A DNA stretch of 64,000 nt from Bacillota bacterium. GTDB lineage: Bacteria > Bacillota > Clostridia > Oscillospirales > Acutalibacteraceae. The stretch lies in assembly GCA_023390175.1 (NCBI GenBank), contig JAEWDK010000008.1:263827-327826 (forward strand). The letters are read 5' to 3'. The notes beneath the pieces are model-generated. The model saw nothing but the letters and a program-made list of their open reading frames with translations, did not search any database and was not told the origin of the DNA. Both the position numbers and the translations under genes were made by a program. Shown one piece after another: positions 45,954 through 56,625 of this stretch; within the stretch, counting starts at the first letter, position 1; each line of letters begins with the position of its first letter.

Positions 45954-46742
45954 TTATCCGGAAATGACCAGCACATCCCCGGGCCGGATGAGGTTCGGAT
46001 TTTTTACCTGCGGGTTCGCCTTAATCAGCGCCTGCAGAGATACACCGTACTTCACGGCAATGCTGCTCATGGTGTCGCCGGATTTTACGGTGTATTTTTT
46101 CTGCACCGGAGCCGGCTTTGCGTATCCGTTCAGCCCGTTGCGCTTCATGATTCCGGGGTAGTCCTTATATGCGATATCCAAATCGACGGCGGTACTGATT
46201 CCGTCCACCCTGCCGGTGCTCGAATACTGCCACATTCCCATTCCGTCATAGCCCGGCTCATTGTTGTAGCGTGCAAGCCACAGGTCATACGCTTTGAGCC
46301 GTTCCATCTCGAGCCGGTTTTTCATCCAGTCGGGGTTGGTGTAAACACAGGCGTAAAGTCCGGCTTTTTTCATCCTTTCACAGAAGGTAATTGCAATGTC
46401 CGTAAGGAGCTTGCGCCCCAGGTTTGCCTGCGACTTATCCTCCATGTCGAACGCTACAGGGTAACCGAACTTACACCCGTTAATGATTTTTAAAAAAAAG
46501 TCTGCTTCCAGCTGCGCTTCCCGCGTATTTGTCGCATAGCTGTAATGGTACGCTCCGCATGGAAGCCCGGCCTTTACAGCCTTTCGGTAATTCTGATAAA
46601 ACTTTTGATCGGTCTGCACGTCCGGATTTTCCCAGCCGTACCCGGCGCGCAGCATGGCAAATTGAATTCCTGACGCTTTTACTTTGGCAAAATCGATTTC
46701 CCCCTGGTGATGGGAAACATCGACTCCTTTTACTTCTGACAT
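45954..46742 (-). CDS. GH25 muramidase (lysozyme) with C-terminal LysM domain, endolysin-like
   Basis: GH25 start KGVDVSHHQGEIDF...FAMLRAGYG. LysM YTVKSGDTMSSIAVKYGVSLQALIKANP. No signal peptide seen. Confidence 0.85.
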   Translation of the reverse strand: MSEVKGVDVSHHQGEIDFAKVKASGIQFAMLRAGYGWENPDVQTDQKFYQNYRKAVKAGLPCGAYHYSYATNTREAQLEADFFLKIINGCKFGYPVAFDMEDKSQANLGRKLLTDIAITFCERMKKAGLYACVYTNPDWMKNRLEMERLKAYDLWLARYNNEPGYDGMGMWQYSSTGRVDGISTAVDLDIAYKDYPGIMKRNGLNGYAKPAPVQKKYTVKSGDTMSSIAVKYGVSLQALIKANPQVKNPNLIRPGDVLVISG

Positions 46743-46849
46743 AAATTTCCCTCCAGTATCTTCAGCTGTTTTGCGAACAGACTCACTACAATATACGCAG
46801 CTTTACCTGCGAAAGTTTCCTCCGGGAGGGAAACTTTCTAAAAAGGCAG

Positions 46850-46878
46850 TAAAAAAAGTCCGCCGAATCCGGCGGACT
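46850..46878 (-). terminator. rho-independent terminator after dnaJ
   Basis: AGTCCGCCG gatt CGGCGGACT followed by TTTTTTTAC on the minus strand. Confidence 0.85.
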
Positions 46879-46901
46879 TTACAAATAATTGGATCTGGAA
46901 C

Positions 46902-48044
46902 TTATTCCCCAAACATATTTTTGATCTTGTCAAAAAAAGTTTTGCGTTTTTGGTAGTTCTTTTCTTCTGCAACACTGTCGAATTCCTGCAGAATCGTCTT
47001 TTGTTTTTCTGAAAGATTCTTCGGCACTTCAATGGTCACGCGCACAAACTGGTCGCCGCGGCCGCGGCCGCCAAGGCGGGGAATCCCCTTGCTCTTCAGC
47101 TTAAACACATCGCCCGGCTGCGTGCCCTCATGAACAGTGTAGCTGACGCGCCCGTCGATTGTCGGCACCACAACCTCGGCGCCAAGCGCCGCCTGTGTAA
47201 AGGTGATTGGCATTTCACACCAAACATCGTTGCCGCGGCGTTCGAAAATCGGGTGCGGCCGCACATTCACGTAAACGTGCAAATCCCCGCTCGGGCCGCC
47301 GTTGGTGCCCGCGTTGCCCTGCGCGCTCACATTCAGAATCTGCTCGTTGTCAATTCCGGCCGGAACATTGATTTCAATGCTCTTTTGTTTGCGTACTTTG
47401 CCGCTGCCGCCGCAGGTTCTGCACGGGCTTTCAATTACTTTGCCGGTGCCGCCGCAGCGGTCGCAGGTTCTTGCGGTCTGCACCACGCCGAACGGAGTTC
47501 GCTGATTGATATGCACCTGGCCGGTTCCGTTGCAGTTTGCGCATGTTTTGGCGGAAGTCCCTTTTTGTGCGCCGCTGCCGTTGCAGTCCGGGCAGGATTC
47601 GATTCTTTCATACGACACGTTCTTCTGGCAGCCTTTGGCGGCTTCCTCAAAGCTTATGTTCACTACCGCTTCGGTATCGCCGCCCCGCCGGGGAGCGTTC
47701 GGGTTAGCTGTACGCGCACCGCCGCCAAAGCCGCCGAAGAAGCTGTTGAATATGTCGCCCAGGTCAATATCGCCCGCAAACGGGCTGCCGCCGCCTGCAC
47801 CGCCGCCAAAATTGGGGTCCACGCCGGCGTGCCCGAATTGGTCGTAGCGTGCTTTTTTGTCTTTGTCGGAAAGCACTTCATACGCCTCGTTGACCTCTTT
47901 AAATTTTGCTTCAGCAGTTTTATCGCCCGGGTTTAAATCCGGATGATATTTTTTCGCCAGCTTGCGGTAAGCTTTTTTTATTTCATCATCGGTGGCATTT
48001 TTAGGCACGCCCATAACCTCATAAAAATCCCTTTTGTCAGCCAA
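46902..48044 (-). CDS. dnaJ: molecular chaperone DnaJ
   Basis: J domain with HPD, a G/F region and four CxxCxGxG zinc motifs. TTG start. Confidence 0.95.
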   Translation of the reverse strand: MADKRDFYEVMGVPKNATDDEIKKAYRKLAKKYHPDLNPGDKTAEAKFKEVNEAYEVLSDKDKKARYDQFGHAGVDPNFGGGAGGGSPFAGDIDLGDIFNSFFGGFGGGARTANPNAPRRGGDTEAVVNISFEEAAKGCQKNVSYERIESCPDCNGSGAQKGTSAKTCANCNGTGQVHINQRTPFGVVQTARTCDRCGGTGKVIESPCRTCGGSGKVRKQKSIEINVPAGIDNEQILNVSAQGNAGTNGGPSGDLHVYVNVRPHPIFERRGNDVWCEMPITFTQAALGAEVVVPTIDGRVSYTVHEGTQPGDVFKLKSKGIPRLGGRGRGDQFVRVTIEVPKNLSEKQKTILQEFDSVAEEKNYQKRKTFFDKIKNMFGE

Positions 48045-48062
48045 ACCAAATCACTCCTATAT

Positions 48063-48282
48063 CAATGAATCATGAATTGCGAAGGATGAATGCATCACAC
48101 GGCCGGAACCCCGGCAGAACAAAAAAGCAGCAATCATTTCCGTTTGCGGCATAAAAATCATTTTCGGAAATACGCGCTAAGGGCAGCCGCTGGGCTGCCC
48201 AAATGCGTTTATTGCCTGCTGACGATATGCCGGTTCCTGTTACAGCCTTTGGACGGCCGCCGAAATGATTCATGATTCATTG
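48063..48282. mobile_element. MITE-like 220-bp insertion with 15-bp perfect terminal inverted repeats in the dnaK-dnaJ spacer
   Basis: CAATGAATCATGAAT (48063-48077) and ATTCATGATTCATTG (48268-48282), both flanked by TAT. Confidence 0.5.
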
Positions 48283-48314
48283 TATCATCATTCACTCCGA
48301 TAAGAAAGTATGAA

Positions 48315-50156
48315 TTATTTCTTATCGCTGTCGTCTACGTCCTTATATTCGGCGTTGTAAACCGGATTTCCGTTCGCATCCTGCGCTGCTGCGCCGGGTT
48401 CACCCTGTACAGGCTGCTGCGGAGCGGCATTTTTATACATTTTTTCGCTTACGGCGTACATTGCCTTTTGCAGTTCCTCGCTCTTTGCCTTCATGTCGTC
48501 CACCGTATTAGCGGAAATTGCTTCCTTCAGCGAGGCAACCTTGGCGTTCAAATCGGTCTTGTCGGCCTCATCGATCTTGTCACCGTTGTCCTTGAGCAGT
48601 TTTTCCACTGCGTAGCAAAGGTTCTCGGCTTCATTCTTCTGGTCGATTTCTTCGCGGTGCTTCTTGTCCTCCGCGGCAAATTTCTCAGCGTCCTGAACCG
48701 CCTTGTTGATGTCATCCTTGCTCATGTTGGAGCTGGAAGAAATTGTGATCTTCTGCTCCTTGCCCGTACCCAAATCCTTTGCGGATACATTTACGATGCC
48801 GTTGGCGTCGATATCGAACGATACCTCAATCTGAGGAATTCCGCGCGGCGCCGGGGCAATGCCGTCCAGCTTAAACAGGCCAAGCTGCTTGTTGTCGCGG
48901 GCAAACTCACGCTCGCCCTGCAGCACGTTGACCTCAACCTGGGTCTGGCCGTCCGCTGCTGTGGAGAAGACCTGGCTCTTCTTGGTCGGGATGGTGGTGT
49001 TGCGCTCAATGATCTTTGTCATTACGCCGCCCATGGTTTCAACGCCGAGTGAAAGCGGGGTAACGTCCAGCAGCAGCAGTCCTTCGACTTCGCCGCCGAG
49101 CACGCCGGCCTGTAACGCCGCGCCGATGGCAACGCATTCATCCGGGTTAATGCCCTTAAACGGATCCTTGCCGGTCAGGTTCTTTACGGCGTCCTGCACA
49201 GCCGGGATTCTGGAGGAACCGCCGACCATCAAAACCTTGCTGATCTCTTCAATTTTCAATCCGGAATCGGAAAGCGCCTGACGAACGGGGCCCATGGTCT
49301 TTTCAACCAAATCAGCGGTCAGTTCGTTGAACTTCGCTCTGGTAAGGGTTAAATCAAGATGCTTCGGTCCGGTTGCGTCGGCTGTGATAAACGGAAGGTT
49401 AATGGAGCTTGAAGTCATGCCGGAAAGCTCAATCTTTGATTTTTCAGCGGATTCCTTCAATCTTTGCATCGCCATTTTGTCGCCGCTCAGGTCAATTCCT
49501 GTTTCCGCCTTAAAGGAGGAAACCATCCAGTCCATCACGCGCTTATCAAAGTCATCGCCGCCCAAGCGGTTGTTGCCCGCGGTAGCAAGAACTTCCTGCA
49601 CGCCGTCGCCCATTTCAATAATCGAAACATCGAATGTACCGCCGCCAAGGTCGTAAACCATGATTTTCTGTTCGTCGCCCTTGTCAATGCCGTAGGAAAG
49701 AGCCGCCGCTGTCGGTTCGTTGATAATACGCTTTACATCCAAACCGGCAATCTTGCCCGCATCCTTTGTTGCCTGACGTTGTGCGTCCGTAAAGTAAGCA
49801 GGAACGGTAATAACGGCAGATGAAACGCTTTCGCCCAAATATGCTTCGGCGTCACTCTTCAGCTTTTGCAGAATCATTGCGGAAATTTCCTGTGGGGTAT
49901 AGCTCTTTGAGTCAATACTCACCTTAAAGTTGGAGCCCATCTCCCTTTTGATGGAAGAAACTGTGCGGTCCGGGTTTGTAATTGCCTGGCGCTTTGCAAC
50001 CTGGCCGACCATACGCTCGCCTGTTTTGGAAAAAGCGACAACGGACGGGGTGGTTCTGGCACCTTCCGCGTTTGCAATAACAACCGGCTCGCCGCCTTCA
50101 ATAACCGCGACGCAGGAATTCGTAGTACCTAAATCAATACCTATTGTCTTTGACAT
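48315..50156 (-). CDS. dnaK: molecular chaperone DnaK (Hsp70)
   Basis: Full-length Hsp70 ([18 protein letters not shown]). Start moved to ATG 50156 (GGAGG RBS). Confidence 0.97.
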   Translation of the reverse strand: MSKTIGIDLGTTNSCVAVIEGGEPVVIANAEGARTTPSVVAFSKTGERMVGQVAKRQAITNPDRTVSSIKREMGSNFKVSIDSKSYTPQEISAMILQKLKSDAEAYLGESVSSAVITVPAYFTDAQRQATKDAGKIAGLDVKRIINEPTAAALSYGIDKGDEQKIMVYDLGGGTFDVSIIEMGDGVQEVLATAGNNRLGGDDFDKRVMDWMVSSFKAETGIDLSGDKMAMQRLKESAEKSKIELSGMTSSSINLPFITADATGPKHLDLTLTRAKFNELTADLVEKTMGPVRQALSDSGLKIEEISKVLMVGGSSRIPAVQDAVKNLTGKDPFKGINPDECVAIGAALQAGVLGGEVEGLLLLDVTPLSLGVETMGGVMTKIIERNTTIPTKKSQVFSTAADGQTQVEVNVLQGEREFARDNKQLGLFKLDGIAPAPRGIPQIEVSFDIDANGIVNVSAKDLGTGKEQKITISSSSNMSKDDINKAVQDAEKFAAEDKKHREEIDQKNEAENLCYAVEKLLKDNGDKIDEADKTDLNAKVASLKEAISANTVDDMKAKSEELQKAMYAVSEKMYKNAAPQQPVQGEPGAAAQDANGNPVYNAEYKDVDDSDKK

Positions 50157-50299
50157 AATGATTACCTCCAAAAATTTATTCCATTTACTTCAATTTATAA
50201 TTAACAACGAGCAACGAACAATTTCAGTAACAGCTACACCGTAATATAAAAATTAAAATCGTTCATTTCGTCACTGTTCCTTCACTGACTGCTCCGAAA

Positions 50300-50863
50300 T
50301 CAGTTCGCAACCTGTACCATTGCGTGGCGCACCACTTTTTCGTTTAATTTGTACCCTTTTTGAAATACCTGTGTAATGGTGTTTTCGCCGGAGCTTTCAT
50401 CGTCAATATGGGAAACCGCGTTGTGCAAATCCGGGTTAAACGCTTCCCCGATTTCCCCCATTCCGGTCACGCCGAGCTTGGTCAATGCGGATTTCAGCTG
50501 GCCCTGCACCATTTCCACACCCTTGCGCAGGTCCTCCGCGCTGCAGTCCTTTTGCTCCAGTGCACGTTCCAAATTATCCGCCACCGGCAGGAACTCAACC
50601 ACCGCGGCCGAAGTAGCGTCGGAATAAAGCGACAGCTTTTCGCGCTCGGTGCGCTTGCGGTAATTATCGTATTCGGCAGCCGTCCGCAGCAAAAGCTCCT
50701 TCTGCTTTTTCAGTTCTTCGTTTGCCTTGTCAAGCTGCGCCTGCAAATCAGGCTTTTCTTCCGCGGCTTCTTCTTTCGGCTGCGGCTGTTCGGTTTGTTC
50801 CGCCTGATTTTCCCGGTCTGTCAGTTCCTTGTCCTTTACTTGTTCATTTTCCTCGTTGCACAA
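50300..50863 (-). CDS. grpE: nucleotide exchange factor GrpE
   Basis: GrpE-like C-terminal half (FNPDLHNAVSH...GYKLNEKVVRHAMV). TTG start after GAAAGGGG. Confidence 0.9.
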   Translation of the reverse strand: MCNEENEQVKDKELTDRENQAEQTEQPQPKEEAAEEKPDLQAQLDKANEELKKQKELLLRTAAEYDNYRKRTEREKLSLYSDATSAAVVEFLPVADNLERALEQKDCSAEDLRKGVEMVQGQLKSALTKLGVTGMGEIGEAFNPDLHNAVSHIDDESSGENTITQVFQKGYKLNEKVVRHAMVQVAN

Positions 50864-50879
50864 AACAGGTAGCCCCTTT

Positions 50880-51911
50880 CTATTCCGTATCCATTAACTC
50901 CGTCAACATTCTTCCCACGGAGCCGGAAAGGTATTCGATATTTGATATGATTTTACTGTAGTTCATTCTGGTCGGGCCGATAATCGCAATGGCCCCCGCG
51001 TCCTTGCCGCCAACGGAATACCGGGAAACAATTACGCTGGATTCGCTTAATTCCGGCCGCTTGGTTTCCTCGCCGATCATTACCTTAATGCTGTTCGCCT
51101 GCTGTGTCAGCAGCTGCGAAAGCTCCTGCGGGCGGGAAAGGAAATCCATAATGCGGCGAATGCCGCTCTGGCCAAGCTCATGGTAGAAAAGCAAATTCAT
51201 TTCGCCGTCCAAACAAACCTCGGCCTGCATGGAGTCCTGCGCCACGTCAAGCACCGCCATCAGAGCGGAGCTCATCAGCATGGTCATCTCCCCAAGGGAC
51301 GCCGCCAGGCTTTGAATATAGGCGGGGGTAATGGTGGAAACGGGAAGCCCCACCAGCTTTTCATTCAGCACACGGAAGAACACCCGCAGTATTTCCGGGG
51401 TAATATCAAAATCACAGTGGAAAACGCGGCTCTTCATTGTGCCCGCCGAAGTCATCAGGATCACCATCGCGGTGTGCCGGCTCGTCTGCACCAGCTGAAT
51501 CGCGCGGATATCCGCCGCTTTTCCGCTCGGTGTGGTTGAAACCGCGGCAAACCGGGTCATTCCGGCCAGCGCGCGGGCAACGCCGTCAAGCAGCCGTTCC
51601 GGGTCATATGCACTGGGCAGGAGCAGGCTGTCAATGTAGCGCTGTTCCTCGCCTGAAATCGGGTGCTTTTTCATTAATGTATCAATGTAAACGCGGTACC
51701 CTTTTTGGGAGGGGATCCGCCCCGCAGAGGTGTGCGGCTGCTCCAGCAGCCCCAGTTCGGAAAGCTCGCTCATTTCATTGCGCACGGTCGCCGAAGAAAC
51801 GGAAAAGTCGAGGATGTCGCAAAGCGCTTTGGAGCCGACCGGTTCCCCGGCAGCGACATAAAGGTCAATCACAGCCGCTAAAATCTTCTGTTTTCTTTCA
51901 CTGAGCTGCAA
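50880..51911 (-). CDS. hrcA: heat-inducible transcription repressor HrcA
   Basis: HrcA-like N-terminal winged helix (RKQKILAAVIDLYVAAGEPVGSKAL). Start placed at TTG 51911, because the longer ORF would overlap CIRCE. Confidence 0.9.
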   Translation of the reverse strand: MQLSERKQKILAAVIDLYVAAGEPVGSKALCDILDFSVSSATVRNEMSELSELGLLEQPHTSAGRIPSQKGYRVYIDTLMKKHPISGEEQRYIDSLLLPSAYDPERLLDGVARALAGMTRFAAVSTTPSGKAADIRAIQLVQTSRHTAMVILMTSAGTMKSRVFHCDFDITPEILRVFFRVLNEKLVGLPVSTITPAYIQSLAASLGEMTMLMSSALMAVLDVAQDSMQAEVCLDGEMNLLFYHELGQSGIRRIMDFLSRPQELSQLLTQQANSIKVMIGEETKRPELSESSVIVSRYSVGGKDAGAIAIIGPTRMNYSKIISNIEYLSGSVGRMLTELMDTE

Positions 51912-51934
51912 TTCCCTCACCTCTCTTTTTATTG

Positions 51935-51961
51935 TTAGCACTCTAATCGTTTGAGTGCTAA
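51935..51961 (-). promoter_or_regulatory. CIRCE operator (HrcA binding site)
   Basis: Perfect TTAGCACTC-N9-GAGTGCTAA between the promoter and hrcA. Confidence 0.92.
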
Positions 51962-51972
51962 CTCTAAGATAT

Positions 51973-52001
51973 AATTTACCATTACTTCACAGCAATGTCA
52001 A
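51973..52001 (-). promoter_or_regulatory. sigma-A promoter of the hrcA-grpE-dnaK-dnaJ operon
   Basis: Minus strand reads TTGACA - 17 nt - TAAATT, immediately upstream of CIRCE. Confidence 0.7.
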
Positions 52002-52057
52002 TATGATATTTGTAAACTAATTGTGAAATCGTTGAAAAATCAGGCGTTTCCTCTGCA

Positions 52058-53341
52058 TCAGCTCATATAAAGATAAAGCACATCGTTGCCGCCGTACATG
52101 GCAAGGCTGCCCGCGCGCCCCGACTTTTGCAGAATGGCCTGTCCATAGCCGGAATCGCCGTCAAATCGGTCGTAAACGTTCCTGCAAAGGTCCTTGCTTT
52201 CAAACTTGACGGAAATCAGACTTCCCTTTCCTTTTTTATTGGCGTTCAGCTTTTTCACCGCGTCCGCCGCAAAATTTGCGAAGGTCTTCTTGGTTACCAC
52301 CAAGCTGTAAAGGCTTTGCCTTGGGCTTACCGAGGTACAGTCCGGGGTGATTCCGCTAAAAATTTTGTTCATTACCGGGGAATCGTATTTTGTTTCCTGC
52401 GTTGTCATCGCAAACTTTTCATAGCTGACCGGATTGGAACCGGTGCCCGCGTTCTTGGCCCATTTCAAAAGCTGCTTCGTATAGTTTTCCCCGCCGGAGG
52501 CGTCAATATTGTAATAGCTTCCGTCCAGCTTCGCAATATTCCAAGTGTGCCCCACATCGCTTTTAATATCATCCCCCGCGTAAAACACTTTAAAGCATTC
52601 AATTCCCGCCATGTTGCACAGCAGCATGTTCGCCGCGGCAAAGCCGTCGCACTGGGCGTGTTTGTTCACCAGCGCGCCGTACAGCGTGCAGACGGGCGAG
52701 GCCTGATCAATATCGCCGCTGCTGTCGTAGGTAACATTCGTGACAAGATAGCGGTAAATGTACTCAGCCTTTTCCATCTGCGTTTTATATTTCGGCATTG
52801 CGTCAAAAATCCGTTTCGCCGCCTGCATGGTTTGTGCGGAAAGGTTTTTGGCGGTATTGTCCTCTTCCACCTTCGGAACAATAATTTTCGTCCATTGGTG
52901 GGACTTGCCCATCGGAATTTTTATGTTATATTTCACAATATAATGTGCAAGCGGATTCGTGCTGTCCAGCATTGTCTGTGTGCCGACGGTATTTATCGTA
53001 AACACCGGCGAATCACATTTCACATAGTAAAGAACCCGGTTAAACTGCTCATCGGTGTAGTGCTTTTTTATCTCAATCGTATTTTTGGGGTTCTCATAAG
53101 CATATTGAAACGCGTCGTAAAGCAGTACTTCGTCTTCGCTTAAATATTTTTTAAAATATGGCGTTCCGTACGCGTTTTTATTGATGTAGCCGGTAAGCCT
53201 GGTATTTTCCAGCACTTCCCCGTTGATGGCGACATCGCCGCCCAGCCCAAAGCGCCAATTTAAATAAAGAAAATAAGCCGCGGCAATCAGGAGCAGCGTG
53301 AACGCGACCGCAAGGACGGTTTTTAAAAAGCTTCTGCGCAT
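52058..53341 (-). CDS. membrane-anchored transglutaminase-like (Cys protease fold) domain protein
   Basis: TM after MRRSFLK. Core QCDGFAAANMLL...GHTWNIAKL...YNIDAS (C/H/D triad context). Start moved to ATG 53341, because the upstream part of the ORF overlaps hemW. Confidence 0.7.
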   Translation of the reverse strand: MRRSFLKTVLAVAFTLLLIAAAYFLYLNWRFGLGGDVAINGEVLENTRLTGYINKNAYGTPYFKKYLSEDEVLLYDAFQYAYENPKNTIEIKKHYTDEQFNRVLYYVKCDSPVFTINTVGTQTMLDSTNPLAHYIVKYNIKIPMGKSHQWTKIIVPKVEEDNTAKNLSAQTMQAAKRIFDAMPKYKTQMEKAEYIYRYLVTNVTYDSSGDIDQASPVCTLYGALVNKHAQCDGFAAANMLLCNMAGIECFKVFYAGDDIKSDVGHTWNIAKLDGSYYNIDASGGENYTKQLLKWAKNAGTGSNPVSYEKFAMTTQETKYDSPVMNKIFSGITPDCTSVSPRQSLYSLVVTKKTFANFAADAVKKLNANKKGKGSLISVKFESKDLCRNVYDRFDGDSGYGQAILQKSGRAGSLAMYGGNDVLYLYMS

Positions 53342-53391
53342 TTCCGGCCGCCGTCCGTCCGCCGGGCTATGAAGATTCGGCTCCAAAGCAA

Positions 53392-54564
53392 TCACCTCAA
53401 ATCGTTGTATAACAGTTCCGCAATCAGCGTGTTTGAAACCAAAAATCCCTTCCGGGTAAAACGGAACCCGCTGCCGGTACAAACAGTCAGCCCGCCGCTT
53501 TCGTATTTCCCTGCGGCCTGCATGACATGCGCCGGGATTCCGTGCCCGAAGCGCTTTCGGCAATCCTGCTCCGCCAGTCCTTCGGTCAGCCGCATAGCGA
53601 GCATGGCGTATTCCTCAAAATCGCCCCCCGCGCCATCCTGCACCGGGTCGCACCCGCGAAGAAACGCGCTGAGGTTCCTGTCGTAATAAAAGCGTTTTCC
53701 GTCCATAAAGGAGTGTGCCGCGGGGCCAAGTCCCAAATACTCCTCACAATGCCAGTATTTTAAGTTATGGCGGCTTTCATACCCCGGTTTTGAAAAATTC
53801 GAGATTTCGTACTGTAAGAATCCGCGTCTTTCCAGCTCCTCACACGCGAAAAGGTACAGATCACTCGCTTCGTCCTCGCCGGGAACCCGAAGCTGCTCCC
53901 TGTTTTTGTAGTAAGCCGTGTGCGGCTCAATTTTAAGCAGATACGCGGAAATGTGCTGCACCCCCGACTCCGCGCAGAATTCAATCGAACGCAGAAGGCT
54001 TTCTCTGGTCTGGTTCTGAATTCCGAGCATCAGGTCAAGGGACAGATTGGAAAATCCCGCTTTCTGTGCATCGCGGACTGCCTTTTTTGCCTGCACGGCG
54101 GTATGCCTACGGCCCAATAGGCGCAGCTCCTCTTCATCTGAAGACTGTAAACCGATGGAAAGGCGGTTTGCGCCCGCGTTGTGCACTTCCTGTAGAAAAG
54201 CGCTTAAATCCTCGGCCGGGTTTGCCTCCAGCGTGATTTCGGCGTCCGCAAGCCCAAAGCTTTCCCGCGCTGCCGCAATCAGCGCCGCAAGCCTTTTCGC
54301 GCCAAGCAGGCTGGGCGTGCCGCCCCCGAAATAGAGCGTGTCCGCGCGCCGGTTTATAGAATTGCCATAAGTATTAATTTTATCGATAATACTGCTTGTA
54401 TATTCATCCATGCGTTCTTCGCTCCCCCGCATGGAATAAAAATCGCAGTAAGGGCATTTACCGTCACAGAACGGAACGTGGATGTAAAGGCCGAAAGGCG
54501 GTTCCCCCCCGTCATTGAAGCGCCGGCTTATTTCTTTGTTTGGAAATTTATTTTCACTGTTCAT
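53392..54564 (-). CDS. hemW: radical SAM heme chaperone HemW (HemN-like, oxygen-independent coproporphyrinogen oxidase family)
   Basis: CxxxCxxC motif HVPFCDGKCPYCDF plus a HemN_C-like C-terminus. Start at ATG 54564. Confidence 0.85.
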   Translation of the reverse strand: MNSENKFPNKEISRRFNDGGEPPFGLYIHVPFCDGKCPYCDFYSMRGSEERMDEYTSSIIDKINTYGNSINRRADTLYFGGGTPSLLGAKRLAALIAAARESFGLADAEITLEANPAEDLSAFLQEVHNAGANRLSIGLQSSDEEELRLLGRRHTAVQAKKAVRDAQKAGFSNLSLDLMLGIQNQTRESLLRSIEFCAESGVQHISAYLLKIEPHTAYYKNREQLRVPGEDEASDLYLFACEELERRGFLQYEISNFSKPGYESRHNLKYWHCEEYLGLGPAAHSFMDGKRFYYDRNLSAFLRGCDPVQDGAGGDFEEYAMLAMRLTEGLAEQDCRKRFGHGIPAHVMQAAGKYESGGLTVCTGSGFRFTRKGFLVSNTLIAELLYNDLR

Positions 54565-54626
54565 TTTTAACTCTTCATATTCATTGAGCCGGATAACCGC
54601 TTTACGGTTCACCCGGCTCAGATTTT

Positions 54627-56444
54627 TTACTCATCCAGCTTTAAAACGCTCATGAACGCCTCCTGCGGCACTTCGACCGTACCGAGCTGGCGCATGCGTT
54701 TTTTGCCTTCCTTCTGTTTTTCAAGCAGCTTCTTTTTCCGCGTAATATCGCCGCCGTAGCACTTGGCAAGCACATCCTTGCGCATTGCCTTCACCGTTTC
54801 GCGCGCGATAATCCGCCCGCCCACGCAGGCCTGGATCGGCACTTCAAAAAGCTGGCGCGGAATTTTCTCCGCCAGCTTTTCCGCCATTTTTCGTGCGCGG
54901 GGATACGCCTTGTCGGCGTGAATAATGAACGACAACGCGTCCACCACATCGCCGTTGAGCATGATGTCCAATTTTACCAGGTTGCTCTTCTGGTACCCGT
55001 TCAGTTCATAGTCAAACGAAGCGTACCCGCGGGTGCGGGATTTCAGCGCGTCGAAAAAGTCATAGATAATTTCATTCAGCGGAAGCTCATAATGAATATC
55101 GACACGGTCGGTGTCAATGTACCGCATATCCTTGAACACACCGCGCCTGTCCTGGCAAAGCTCCATAATATTGCCCACATATTCGCTCGGCGTGTAAATA
55201 TGGGAGTTTGTCATCGGCTCCTCGGCCTGCGCAATCAGCGTCGGGTCGGGGTAGTTCGTCGGATTGTCGATATAAATCACTTCACCGCTCGTTTTCGTAA
55301 TGCGGTACACCACACTCGGCGCGGTGGTGACAAGGTCAAGGTTGTATTCGCGCTCCAGCCGTTCCTGAATAATCTCCATATGGAGCAAACCCAAAAATCC
55401 GCAGCGGAACCCAAAGCCCAGCGCAATGGAGGTTTCCGGTTCAAAGGAAAGCGCCGCGTCATTCAGCTGGAGCTTGTCGAGCGCATCCCGCAAATCGGGG
55501 TAACGCGCGCCGTCCGCCGGGTAAATTCCGCAAAAAACCATGGACTGCACCGTGCGGTAGCCGGGCAGCGGCTCTTTGGCCGGTTTTTCGGCAAGGGTGA
55601 CCGTGTCGCCCACGCGGGCCTCTTTCACCGCCTTGATGGAAGCGGCAATGTAGCCGACTTCGCCGGCGCTCAGCCCGTCGCTCGGCTCCAGCCGGGTCGC
55701 GCGGCCGTATCCGCACTCCACAACGGTAAACTCCGCGCCGGTCGCCATCATGCGGATCGTGTCGCCGGGGTGCACCTGCCCGTCCTTCAAACGGACATGA
55801 ATGATAACGCCCTTGTACGCGTCGTAATAGGAGTCGAAAACAAGCGCCTTCAGCGGTGCGTTTTCGTCGCCCTGCGGCGGCGGCACACACTTTACCACCT
55901 GCTCCATCACCAAATCAATATTGGTGCCGAGCTTGGCGGAAATACAGGGAGCGTCGTCCGCCGGGATGCCGATCACATCCTCAATCTCGGCGCGCACCTT
56001 TTCGGGCTGGGCGCTCGGCAGGTCGATTTTATTAATGACCGGCACAATTTCAAGGCCGGCGTCCACCGCAAGGTAAGTGTTGGCAAGGGTCTGCGCCTCA
56101 ATGCCCTGCGACGCGTCCACCACAAGCACCGCGCCCTCGCACGCCGCGAGTGAGCGCGAAACCTCGTAGTTGAAGTCCACGTGGCCGGGAGTATCGATTA
56201 AATTAAAGACGTAATCCTGCTCGTCCTTCGCATGATACACGAGCGTTACGGCATGCGCCTTAATGGTAATGCCCCGTTCGCGTTCCAAATCCATATTATC
56301 AAGGAGCTGGTTTTCCATGTCACGCAGGGCGACGGATTTGGTTTGCTCCAGAATGCGGTCGGCAAGCGTGCTTTTTCCATGATCTATATGCGCAATGATG
56401 CTGAAATTGCGTATTCTATCGCGTGATATCGACAAATTGATCAC
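54627..56444 (-). CDS. lepA: translation elongation factor 4 (LepA)
   Basis: [15 protein letters not shown] and DTPGHVDF motifs plus a LepA-specific C-terminal domain. GTG start. Confidence 0.95.
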   Translation of the reverse strand: MINLSISRDRIRNFSIIAHIDHGKSTLADRILEQTKSVALRDMENQLLDNMDLERERGITIKAHAVTLVYHAKDEQDYVFNLIDTPGHVDFNYEVSRSLAACEGAVLVVDASQGIEAQTLANTYLAVDAGLEIVPVINKIDLPSAQPEKVRAEIEDVIGIPADDAPCISAKLGTNIDLVMEQVVKCVPPPQGDENAPLKALVFDSYYDAYKGVIIHVRLKDGQVHPGDTIRMMATGAEFTVVECGYGRATRLEPSDGLSAGEVGYIAASIKAVKEARVGDTVTLAEKPAKEPLPGYRTVQSMVFCGIYPADGARYPDLRDALDKLQLNDAALSFEPETSIALGFGFRCGFLGLLHMEIIQERLEREYNLDLVTTAPSVVYRITKTSGEVIYIDNPTNYPDPTLIAQAEEPMTNSHIYTPSEYVGNIMELCQDRRGVFKDMRYIDTDRVDIHYELPLNEIIYDFFDALKSRTRGYASFDYELNGYQKSNLVKLDIMLNGDVVDALSFIIHADKAYPRARKMAEKLAEKIPRQLFEVPIQACVGGRIIARETVKAMRKDVLAKCYGGDITRKKKLLEKQKEGKKRMRQLGTVEVPQEAFMSVLKLDE

Positions 56445-56540
56445 CTAATCCTTAAACAAATTATAATAAAAAGGGAATAACGGTAAAAGCAGCGCAATTT
56501 CCCCGGCCCAAAACGGCGAAGCCGCAGGAACATAAATTTC

Positions 56541-56571
56541 GGTATAATAATCGCTATGCAGTTATTATACC
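56541..56571. repeat. 14-3-14 palindrome (copy B, two imperfect pairs) with an extended -10 box, upstream of lepA
   Basis: GGTATAATAATCGC tat GCAGTTATTATACC. The flanks TTC... and ...ATATAAAACG are also shared with 31472-31513. Confidence 0.85.
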
Positions 56572-56625
56572 ATATAAAACGCAGAATGGACAACGGTAAT
56601 TCACAAAGGGAACGACAGCTTTACT

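Noticed and set aside
48070-48275. Two ~60-67 aa ORFs (one per strand) in the dnaK-dnaJ spacer
   Set aside because: They have no Shine-Dalgarno sequence, overlap each other, and coincide with the MITE-like insertion. They are treated as non-coding.
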